Notes under the pieces: generated by a model
Database searches by the model: none
The model's input: only the letters and a program-made list of their open reading frames with translations
Told to the model about the DNA's origin: nothing
Translations under genes and position numbers: made by a program
Source: Flectonema sp. DT1601
Taxonomy: Eukaryota
Assembly (NCBI GenBank): GCA_964019425.1
Contig: OZ025786.1
Location: 1,612,001-1,676,000 of the forward strand
Length of the DNA stretch: 64,000 nucleotides
Direction: 5' to 3'
Part shown: piece by piece, positions 36,784 to 47,341 of the stretch
How positions within the stretch are numbered: the stretch's first letter is position 1
Layout of the letters: each line of letters starts with the position of its first letter

Positions 36784-37340
36784 GCCGACACGCAGAACTG
36801 TTTTCGCAAAACAAGTGTGCGTTCGTTAAGGGAATTAAGGTCCCATTTTGTGTATTTTTAATTTATTTCCTTTCTTTTTTTTTTTTCTTTTATTAGCAGA
36901 CGCGTTCAGCGGAGGATAAAGAATTATTTTACCTTTTCTCTTCCCTTACTAAACCGTAAGGATGAAATTTGTAATTGTTGTATTCGATGTAAACCCTGAT
37001 TTATGGATTGAGTGCTGTTCTATTTTTTGCTTTCAGACTCCTCAACAAAACTTGATTTCGTAAGTGGAAAAAAGACTGTAATCTTTTTCATATCTCATGG
37101 CTTACATCTTTGCAATAATAGGTTTTCCCGCCTCCGGCGAACAGTTGTCTTTTAATTTCATTCATTCATTCTTTTTGCTCCTTCCGTTTTCTTTGCTTTT
37201 TTTCTTTCCATCAATGTACCCCAACCCCTTCATCTTGTTCATTCAATAAAGAAAAAAAAAAAAAAAAAAAAAAAAACATTCAACACAGAAAGGAAATAAA
37301 AATATTTATAAAATAAGAAAAAAGAGAAAGTAGAGGAAAA

Positions 37341-38424
37341 CACTGTTCGTTGCTGTAAGGTTTGCTGGGCTACCAACTTATTAATAACTAATTAGGTAGC
37401 TCAGCAATCCTTGTGTAGCAACAGTATTATTCTTTTACTTTTTTTTTCATCAAAGCAAACATTATTCTATGTGAAATAAAAGAACGAAAATGGGGACCAC
37501 TCCCAACAACAATTTCAAGGAAGAAAAAAAAAAGAGAACAATGAAAAGAAAAATGCAACTGGGACAGCACTGTTCGTTGCTGTAAGGTTTCCTGGGCTAC
37601 CAACTTATTATTAACCAATTGGGTGGCTTAGCAATCCTTGTGTAGCAACAGTATTATTCTTTTTGCTTTTTTTTTTTTTTTTTGTTGTTTTTCCCTTTTT
37701 TTATAACAATTGAAGAAAAAAAAAAAAAAGGAAAAAAAAAAAAAACCAATACCTGAAAATATTATTCTTTTTTTTAATAAAATATTTTCTTAACTCTTTC
37801 TACACTTTCATCGCGCACGTTGGTGTAGTATCGTATTTTGTGAAACCCTCAAGTTGCTGTTAGTTAAGCAATGATGAGATTCCGCCTCAGTTCCTTCCTC
37901 AAGCGTATTACCAGCAACTGGAACACCCTTTCGTATCACATTAAATCCTCTCTTGTTCATTCAAATAAAGAAAAAATACCATAAAAACTGAAAAAAAAAA
38001 AGGGGGGAAATGCAACTGGGACGGCACTGTTCGTTGCTGTAAGGTTTGCTGGGTCACCAACTTATTAATAACCAATTGGGTGGCTTAGCAATCCTTGTGT
38101 AGCAACAGTTCTTCTTTTTGCTTTTTTTCCCTTTTTTGATTTTCCCTTTTTTTGCCAACAATAATCGAAAAAAAACAAAATAAAACAAAAAAAAACAAAG
38201 GAAAAACACACACACCGTTTTTCCCGAAAAAAAAAAAAAAAACCAGTACCTGAAAATATTATTCTTTTTTTTAATAAAATATTTTCTTAACTCTTTCTAC
38301 ACTTTCATCACGCACGTTGGTGTAGTATCGTATTTTGGAAACCCTCAAGTTGCTGTTAGTTAAGCAATGATGAGATTCCACCTCAGTTCCTTCTTCAAGC
38401 GTATTACCAGCAACTGGAACACCC
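37341..38424 (+). ncRNA. Candidate structured-RNA cluster A-A-B-A-B
   Basis: Hairpin A at 37341-37425, 37568-37652 and 38025-38109. Unit B at 37808-37928 and 38305-38424. Confidence 0.45.
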
Positions 38425-38589
38425 TCCCTCTCTCTTTTTATTTTATTTTCTTGCTTTCAGAATTGACGTATTCGTATTGATGATAACTTCCTCTCTTACA
38501 GTACAAAAATATATAATGAGATACCGTGACGTTTGTGGTTAAAGTCATGCAGATGTTATTTCTCACGTTTCAAGTTTTAAACTACAAAA

Positions 38590-39135
38590 ATGAGCTTGTG
38601 GAGGACCCCATCGGACAAGTTCCCCATAACGTTTCCAGAAAACTGTAGTTGGAGACTCGTGCAAAGTCGGCTTTCCAGAAGCAAGATTAAAGCGTACTAC
38701 ACTACAGACGCAAAGGTAAACGATCATTCAGAGGAGGAAAGTCAGGAAGAAAATGTCAAAGACAGGGAATCATCGATTTTGAGATTCTACGCGCAGCATA
38801 GAAACGCCTCGCAAATAGGCCAAGTTAAAAATGAGATAATAAGGAATCTACAGGGACTGGTAAACAACTTACAACAGAAATGTAGAATTATTAAAGTAGT
38901 AGAGAATGACAGGGTAGCTGTGTACTTCACACCCAATAATGTAGTTCCAACAACCTATGTGGGATGGCAACAAGTTCTAAGCCGAACTATTGGTTGGAAG
39001 ACTTCAGCAGGGGATCCCATTTGCGTTCAACTTTCGAAAAAGAAAAATATGTACGCAAACAATGTGGCAGGAACCCAAACAATGTATCCCACATCTCTTG
39101 TCTACTCTCATACACCGTACGGATCTAGTGGATAA
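38590..39135 (+). CDS. 'RTP' family protein, subtype S (MSLWRTP), ending YSHTPYGSSG
   Basis: Intact 181-aa ORF with the family motifs WRTP, RESSILRF, ENDRVAV and CVQL. Confidence 0.75.
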   Translation: MSLWRTPSDKFPITFPENCSWRLVQSRLSRSKIKAYYTTDAKVNDHSEEESQEENVKDRESSILRFYAQHRNASQIGQVKNEIIRNLQGLVNNLQQKCRIIKVVENDRVAVYFTPNNVVPTTYVGWQQVLSRTIGWKTSAGDPICVQLSKKKNMYANNVAGTQTMYPTSLVYSHTPYGSSG

Positions 39136-39659
39136 TAATATCTCAAATTTAGGTAGTTTTTTATTTTTTTTTAAAACGTTACTTAGATAAGTAGCTGGCC
39201 TCTGTGTTGATGTGTGTCTCAGTGATTTCATTTTTTTTTTTTGGTTTCCTCTTATGATTATTATTTCTGCTAAAAAAAAAAAAATAAAAAAAAAAAAGTC
39301 TTGTCTTGTCTTTTTATTTCTTTTTGCTTTTTTAAAAGGCAATCACGTTCTTTGAGTGTTTGTCTTTTAATAATATAATTTAATATCTCTATTTACTTGA
39401 TCTAATATTCTAACTGTTGGGTTACGACGGGATGAGTGACTAGAGCTATCTTATTATTTAAGTTACTTCTATATAATAATATAAAAATTACTAAAACCTA
39501 TATATCATGAGATGCTCATCCGAATTCTCATGGATTCTAAGGTTCTTTCCTCTTCCTCTTCCTTCCTTTTTTTATTTTTTATTTTTTTTTTTAAAACTTA
39601 ATTCAGGATGTATTGTCATAAAGAGATCGTTTTTGTACTGATAGTCAGACATCTCTGAA

Positions 39660-40400
39660 ATAGTTTGACACGCTGCCGTAATTAGGGAGTGACTCAGATA
39701 CTTTAAGGGCGACACAACCACGAAAACTAAGTTTCCCTCTCAATTACCAATTTTGGATTAGTTTTTAGGGTGAAGACAGTTTCTTCTGATTACACGTCAC
39801 ACACGTGTCGTCAGCAATCACTGTGAAGGTTAGCTTTGCATTCGGTACACCGAAACAGGTCGCAATCAAGACGGTGGTAGGTCTTGTCGTGTCTTGTACG
39901 GAAGATCAAATAAGGGCATTCCCCAGTGTTTGTATAGCAAAACCGTGTTTTACTCTTTTTTTTTTAGTTTGTTTTACATATTGCTGTTGTCGGAACCGAT
40001 GTTTTTCAAACCCGTTCATCGACTTTTTTTCGACAACAGCATTGCTGATAGTCTTCTGAACATTAAGAACATTTGTTCAAAAGAGAGCAATTAGCGGAAC
40101 TTTTACAGTGCTATAAAATGTTTCAATCTCAGTTCCTCTGCTGAAGCGCAATATCATGTTATGGGAACATTTTAGTGTAATTGCTTGGAGTTGGTTTTAC
40201 TTGTCTCCAGGTCTCAAGGGTTGACTTTATGTATTTATAATCGAAAAGCGATTCTTTTATTCTTATGTATTGCAACCCCAATATCAATATATCTCTCTTG
40301 TTAGTTTTATCTTCAAAAGATCCAACAACTGTTTGTGCAAACGTTTTGACTGGAATGAACGGTTTTGACTGGAATGAACGGTTTTGACTGGAATGACAGT
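39660..40400 (-). mobile_element. Possible decayed DIRS-like tyrosine-recombinase fragment
   Basis: Broken minus-strand frames (KSTLETWRQVKPTPSNY; TVLIATCFG) loosely recall DIRS YR segments. A 19-bp unit is repeated ~2.7 times at 40344-40396. Confidence 0.2.
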
Positions 40401-41234
40401 CTGTATCTTGAAGTCGGTTCTTTTTTCTGTTATTGTTTTTTTTTATTTTAATTAAATAGTGGTCATTAATTTCAGTTATGTATTTAATCAAGACAGGAAT
40501 GAAATCATGACACTTGTTGTGTTACTTTTACAGTCAGATGGGTTTGAGTAATTCAGTCTCCTGTTCCCTGTTGCTGTCTAGGTGATGATACTACAAAAAC
40601 AAATTGGTATTTCATTGTATCGAAGCAATCTGCCATGTGACCACTTCTTTGTACTGATTTCCGTTTCCTATTTCCTGCCTGTTCCCTTGTTTTATTTGTG
40701 GAATCTCTTGTTCCCTGTTGCTGTCTAGGTGATGATACTACAAAAACAAATTGGTATTTCATTGTATCGAAGCAATCTGCCATGTGACCACTTCTTTGTA
40801 CTGATTTCCGTTTCCCATTTCCTGCCTGTTCCCTTGTTTTATTTGTGGAATCTCTTGTTCCCTGTTGCTGTCTAGGTGATGATACTACAAAAACAAATTG
40901 GTATTTCATTGTATCGAAGCAATCTGCCATGTGACCACTTCTTTGTACTGATTTCCGTTTCCCATTTCCTGCCTGTTCCCTTGTTTTATTTGTGGAATCT
41001 CCTGTTCTCTGTTGCTGTCTAGGTGATGATACTACAAAAACAAATTGGTATTTCATTGTATCGAAGCAATCTGCCATGTGACCACTTCTTTGTACTGATT
41101 TCCGTTTCCCATTTCCTGCCTGTTCCCTTGTTTTATTTGTGGAATCTCCTGTTCTCTGTTGCTGTCTAGGTGATGATACTACAAAAACAAATTGGTATTT
41201 CATTGTATCGAAGCAATCTGCCATGTGACCACTT

Positions 41235-41429
41235 TTAGTTCGATAGTTTAATAAGCTAGGCGAGGCGGAAAGCTGGAGATTGGTATTTATTAATCTTCAG
41301 TCGATGCTACTTCAACAATCCATGCGAAATCTTCGGATATGGCTACGGATTGGGTCCTCTGTTACTGTGAGTTACCTAGCACTCATAATATACAGTAACG
41401 TTGGATTAAATAACTAACTAACTAACTAA
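41235..41429 (+). mobile_element. Short retroposon-like insert in the satellite, copy 1
   Basis: Inserted in GACCACTT^CTTTG with a CTT/ACTT duplication. Ends in a stem-loop and (TAAC)n. Homologous to 34071-34163. Confidence 0.65.
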
Positions 41430-41873
41430 CTTCTTTGTACTGATTTCCGTTTCCCATTTCCTGCCTGTTCCCTTGTTTTATTTGTGGAATCTCCTGTTCT
41501 CTGTTGCTGTCTAGGTGATGATACTACAAAAACAAATTGGTATTTCATTGTATCGAAGCAATCTGCCATGTGACCACTTCTTTGTACTGATTTCCGTTTC
41601 CCATTTCCTGCCTGTTCCCTTGTTTTATTTGTGGAATCTCTTGTTCCCTGTTGCTGTCTAGGTGATGATACTACAAAAACAAATTGGTATTTCATTGTAT
41701 CGAAGCAATCTGCCATGTGACCACTTCTTTGTACTGATTTCCGTTTCCCATTTCCTGCCTGTTCCCTTGTTTTATTTGTGGAATCTCCTGTTCTCTGTTG
41801 CTGTCTAGGTGATGATACTACAAAAACAAATTGGTATTTCATTGTATCGAAGCAATCTGCCATGTGACCACTT

Positions 41874-42068
41874 TTAGTTCGATAGTTTAATAAGCTAGGC
41901 GAGGCGGAAAGCTGGAGATTGGTATTTATTAATCTTCAGTCGATGCTACTTCAACAATCCATGCGAAATCTTCGGATATGGCTACGGATTGGGTCCTCTG
42001 TTACTGTGAGTTACCTAGCACTCATAATATACAGTAACGTTGGATTAAATAACTAACTAACTAACTAA
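41874..42068 (+). mobile_element. Short retroposon-like insert in the satellite, copy 2
   Basis: Identical to copy 1, at the same position in the unit. Confidence 0.65.
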
Positions 42069-43835
42069 CTTCTTTGTACTGATTTCCGTTTCCCATTTCC
42101 TGCCTGTTCCCTTGTTTTATTTGTGGAATCTCCTGTTCTCTGTTGCTGTCTAGGTGATGATACTACAAAAACAAATTGGTATTTCATTGTATCGAAGCAA
42201 TCTGCCATGTGACCACTTCTTTGTACTGATTTCCGTTTCCCATTTCCTGCCTGTTCCCTTGTTTTATTTGTGGAATCTCTTGTTCCCTGTTGCTGTCTAG
42301 GTGATGATACTACAAAAACAAATTGGTATTTCATTGTATCGAAGCAATCTGCCATGTGACCACTTCTTTGTACTGATTTCCGTTTCCCATTTCCTGCCTG
42401 TTCCCTTGTTTTATTTGTGGAATCTCCTGTTCTCTGTTGCTGTCTAGGTGATGATACTACAAAAACAAATTGGTATTTCATTGTATCGAAGCAATCTGCC
42501 ATGTGACCACTTCTTTGTACTGATTTCCGTTTCCCATTTCCTGCCTGTTCCCTTGTTTTATTTGTGGAATCTCTTGTTCCCTGTTGCTGTCTAGGTGATG
42601 ATACTACAAAAACAAATTGGTATTTCATTGTATCGAAGCAATCTGCCATGTGACCACTTCTTTGTACTGATTTCCGTTTCCCATTTCCTGCCTGTTCCCT
42701 TGTTTTATTTGTGGAATCTCCTGTTCTCTGTTGCTGTCTAGGTGATGATACTACAAAAACAAATTGGTATTTCATTGTATCGAAGCAATCTGCCATGTGA
42801 CCACTTCTTTGTACTGATTTCCGTTTCCCATTTCCTGCCTGTTCCCTTGTTTTATTTGTGGAATCTCCTGTTCTCTGTTGCTGTCTAGGTGATGATACTA
42901 CAAAAACAAATTGGTATTTCATTGTATCGAAGCAATCTGCCATGTGACCACTTCTTTGTACTGATTTCCGTTTCCCATTTCCTGCCTGTTCCCTTGTTTT
43001 ATTTGTGGAATCTCCTGTTCTCTGTTGCTGTCTAGGTGATGATACTACAAAAACAAATTGGTATTTCATTGTATCGAAGCAATCTGCCATGTGACCACTT
43101 CTTTGTACTGATTTCCGTTTCCCATTTCCTGCCTGTTCCCTTGTTTTATTTGTGGAATCTCTTGTTCCCTGTTGCTGTCTAGGTGATGATACTACAAAAA
43201 CAAATTGGTATTTCATTGTATCGAAGCAATCTGCCATGTGACCACTTCTTTGTACTGATTTCCGTTTCCCATTTCCTGCCTGTTCCCTTGTTTTATTTGT
43301 GGAATCTCCTGTTCTCTGTTGCTGTCTAGGTGATGATACTACAAAAACAAATTGGTATTTCATTGTATCGAAGCAATCTGCCATGTGACCACTTCTTTGT
43401 ACTGATTTCCGTTTCCCATTTCCTGCCTGTTCCCTTGTTTTATTTGTGGAATCTCCTGTTCTCTGTTGCTGTCTAGGTGATGATACTACAAAAACAAATT
43501 GGTATTTCATTGTATCGAAGCAATCTGCCATGTGACCACTTCTTTGTACTGATTTCCGTTTCCCATTTCCTGCCTGTTCCCTTGTTTTATTTGTGGAATC
43601 TCTTGTTCCCTGTTGCTGTCTAGGTGATGATACTACAAAAACAAATTGGTATTTCATTGTATCGAAGCAATCTGCCATGTGACCACTTCTTTGTACTGAT
43701 TTCCGTTTCCCATTTCCTGCCTGTTCCCTTGTTTTATTTGTGGAATCTCCTGTTCTCTGTTGCTGTCTAGGTGATGATACTACAAAAACAAATTGGTATT
43801 TCATTGTATCGAAGCAATCTGCCATGTGACCACTT

Positions 43836-44030
43836 TTAGTTCGATAGTTTAATAAGCTAGGCGAGGCGGAAAGCTGGAGATTGGTATTTATTAATCTTCA
43901 GTCGATGCTACTTCAACAATCCATGCGAAATCTTCGGATATGGCTACGGATTGGGTCCTCTGTTACTGTGAGTTACCTAGCACTCATAATATACAGTAAC
44001 GTTGGATTAAATAACTAACTAACTAACTAA
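43836..44030 (+). mobile_element. Short retroposon-like insert in the satellite, copy 3
   Basis: Identical to copy 1, at the same position in the unit. Confidence 0.65.
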
Positions 44031-45781
44031 CTTCTTTGTACTGATTTCCGTTTCCCATTTCCTGCCTGTTCCCTTGTTTTATTTGTGGAATCTCCTGTTC
44101 TCTGTTGCTGTCTAGGTGATGATACTACAAAAACAAATTGGTATTTCATTGTATCGAAGCAATCTGCCATGTGACCACTTCTTTGTACTGATTTCCGTTT
44201 CCTATTCCTTGCCTGTTCCCTTGTTTTATTTGTGGAATCTCCTGTTCTCTGTTGCTGTCTAGGTGATGATACTACAAAAACAAATTGGTATTTCATTGTA
44301 TCGAAGCAATCTGCCATGTGACCACTTCTTTGTACTGATTTCCGTTTCCCATTTCCTGCCTGTTCCCTTGTTTTATTTGTGGAATCTCTTGTTCCCTGTT
44401 GCTGTCTAGGTGATGATACTACAAAAACAAATTGGTATTTCATTGTATCGAAGCAATCTGCCATGTGACCACTTCTTTGTACTGATTTCCGTTTCCCATT
44501 TCCTGCCTGTTCCCTTGTTTTATTTGTGGAATCTCCTGTTCTCTGTTGCTGTCTAGGTGATGATACTACAAAAACAAATTGGTATTTCATTGTATCGAAG
44601 CAATCTGCCATGTGACCACTTCTTTGTACTGATTTCCGTTTCCTATTCCTTGCCTGTTCCCTTGTTTTATTTGTGGAATCTCCTGTTCTCTGTTGCTGTC
44701 TAGGTGATGATACTACAAAAACAAATTGGTATTTCATTGTATCGAAGCAATCTGCCATGTGACCACTTCTTTGTACTGATTTCCGTTTCCCATTTCCTGC
44801 CTGTTCCCTTGTTTTATTTGTGGAATCTCTTGTTCCCTGTTGCTGTCTAGGTGATGATACTACAAAAACAAATTGGTATTTCATTGTATCGAAGCAATCT
44901 GCCATGTGACCACTTCTTTGTACTGATTTCCGTTTCCCATTTCCTGCCTGTTCCCTTGTTTTATTTGTGGAATCTCCTGTTCTCTGTTGCTGTCTAGGTG
45001 ATGATACTACAAAAACAAATTGGTATTTCATTGTATCGAAGCAATCTGCCATGTGACCACTTCTTTGTACTGATTTCCGTTTCCTATTCCTTGCCTGTTC
45101 CCTTGTTTTATTTGTGGAATCTCCTGTTCTCTGTTGCTGTCTAGGTGATGATACTACAAAAACAAATTGGTATTTCATTGTATCGAAGCAATCTGCCATG
45201 TGACCACTTCTTTGTACTGATTTCCGTTTCCCATTTCCTGCCTGTTCCCTTGTTTTATTTGTGGAATCTCCTGTTCTCTGTTGCTGTCTAGGTGATGATA
45301 CTACAAAAACAAATTGGTATTTCATTGTATCGAAGCAATCTGCCATGTGACCACTTCTTTGTACTGATTTCCGTTTCCCATTTCCTGCCTGTTCCCTTGT
45401 TTTATTTGTGGAATCTCTTGTTCCCTGTTGCTGTCTAGGTGATGATACTACAAAAACAAATTGGTATTTCATTGTATCGAAGCAATCTGCCATGTGACCA
45501 CTTCTTTGTACTGATTTCCGTTTCCCATTTCCTGCCTGTTCCCTTGTTTTATTTGTGGAATCTCCTGTTCTCTGTTGCTGTCTAGGTGATGATACTACAA
45601 AAACAAATTGGTATTTCATTGTATCGAAGCAATCTGCCATGTGACCACTTCTTTGTACTGATATTTGTGCCATCTCGTCATTTCTTTAATTGTAGTTGGG
45701 AATAATGAGGTTAGGGACTGTGTTTGAGAGTTATAACTTCATTTCAAAGACGACTATTATAAACAATGATGTAAAGAAAGT

Positions 45782-47050
45782 ATGTCAGTAACAAGAGAAA
45801 GGCGGATTACTGTGGTAAGCGCAGATGGCTATCAAGACCTCCCATTTAAGATTGAAAGTGGGATGGAGTATGCTGACGTAGCGAGGAAGTATTCTGAAGA
45901 ACGAGGTGTTCCTGTTTCAGAAATGACAATAGAAGTTGATGATGAAGAAATTGATTTAAATGACACAGTCAGAGACAATGAAAAAGTCTTAATAACAATA
46001 CAAGGAGTTCACGGAGTAAGAGCCATATTCGAACTATACGATGGTGGCGCTCGACTACCCGACAATGCGCGTCCGGAGGCAGGAAACAACGTTAAGAATA
46101 TCCTATTTGGTAGGAACATTATAATGGAACCTTGGAACAATAGCCCGTATCCTAGAATGCTTCGTCAACTTCTCGATCAAGAGGGTGGTATCTTATACGT
46201 CTGTGACATCTGTTTGAGGTACTCTCCTGTTAAGGAATGGATGGAACTTCATATTCAAAAAGACGGATCATGTGCTCAAGGGAATCATCCTCCAGGAAAC
46301 AAAGTAATGGAAACAGCTGATCAGAAAATTGCAATCTGGGAAGTTGACGGTGGAATCTCATACGACACCATTACCAGCTGTAAAGGTCTTCCAGCTTCTG
46401 AACTTCAAAACTTAACAAAAATTAGAACATATTTGGGAAGAGAAACATTCTGTCAAAACTTAGGACTGCTGTCAAGATTCTTCTTAAAGGGTAAAACTGC
46501 AATATATGGACCAGGATCATTCATGTACTACACACTGACTGAATATGAAAACAACGCTTGGCGTGTAAGAGGATACTTTTCGATAGAAAAAGGAACCAGA
46601 AGCAACTCTCTAGCCTGTATTATGGTTCTTCCTCCTTGGCAAGATCGAGGTTTTGGAAGGCTACTAATCCACTTTAGTTACATAATGGGAAGACCACCTG
46701 AAAGTGCTCCCGTAGTAGAAAAGACTCCTGAAAGGCCTCTAAGTGACTTGGGTATGCAAGTCTTCTTGTCATATTGGAAGGGTGCTGTTATAGACGCAAT
46801 GCATGATATGTTAGATGACAACTCACTCACTCACAACACTACTAAAGACATAGAACGTCTTTGTAGAATAACAGTAATAAGTAAGAAGGATATTCTAAAA
46901 GTTCTTCATACATCAAATCTTATGGTAAAACCTGGATCTGCTACATCTGAACTACGATGGAGTGAACTACCTGATAGAGTCCAAAGAAGTGAGGTGAGCG
47001 TCTTTAAGGGATCCAGCGTATTTGGAAAACGATACAAACCCAAGAACTAA
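45782..47050 (+). CDS. MYST-family histone acetyltransferase with an N-terminal ubiquitin/SUMO-like domain
   Basis: C2HC finger YVCDICLRY...H...C, HPPG, EVDG, FCQNLGLLSRFFLKGKT, SLACIMVLPPWQDRGFG, TPERPLSDLG. Confidence 0.92.
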   Translation: MSVTRERRITVVSADGYQDLPFKIESGMEYADVARKYSEERGVPVSEMTIEVDDEEIDLNDTVRDNEKVLITIQGVHGVRAIFELYDGGARLPDNARPEAGNNVKNILFGRNIIMEPWNNSPYPRMLRQLLDQEGGILYVCDICLRYSPVKEWMELHIQKDGSCAQGNHPPGNKVMETADQKIAIWEVDGGISYDTITSCKGLPASELQNLTKIRTYLGRETFCQNLGLLSRFFLKGKTAIYGPGSFMYYTLTEYENNAWRVRGYFSIEKGTRSNSLACIMVLPPWQDRGFGRLLIHFSYIMGRPPESAPVVEKTPERPLSDLGMQVFLSYWKGAVIDAMHDMLDDNSLTHNTTKDIERLCRITVISKKDILKVLHTSNLMVKPGSATSELRWSELPDRVQRSEVSVFKGSSVFGKRYKPKN

Positions 47051-47341
47051 ATAAACCAACTCAGGATATAGCAAATCGTGTAGCTCTTTAGCACGACACG
47101 ATTCATGTAGGTAATCGACCACCTCAATCACAATTTCTAGAAAGAAAAATTCGAACGAATCCCATTTTGTAGTGTAGCTCTTAAGCGCAACACGATATTC
47201 TTTGTGAAGCCTGATAGTCTTTTTAGTTGTCGTGAATTTGTTATTTGTAACAGGAGAGTACATATGTAGGTTGTAGTCATTCACTAAAGGGAGTAGTATT
47301 CTCAATACTTTTTATTTATTTATATCAGAACTTCTATTATA

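Larger units (their letters stand above)
40557..45662. repeat. 147-bp tandem satellite, ~31 units in blocks of ~4.6, 3, 12 and ~11 units
   Basis: Exact 147-bp period. Spacings between inserts are 639 = 3x147+198 and 1962 = 12x147+198. Confidence 0.97.

Noticed and set aside
40557..45662. CRISPR array
   Set aside because: Units are contiguous with no unique spacers, the three inserts are identical, no cas genes are present and the context is eukaryotic.
40553..45673. Minus-strand ORFs of a 49-aa repeat (MADCFDTMKY...) as real proteins
   Set aside because: They are antisense to all genes and broken by the inserts. Unit variants are amino-acid changing. An open frame is unsurprising for a period divisible by 3.
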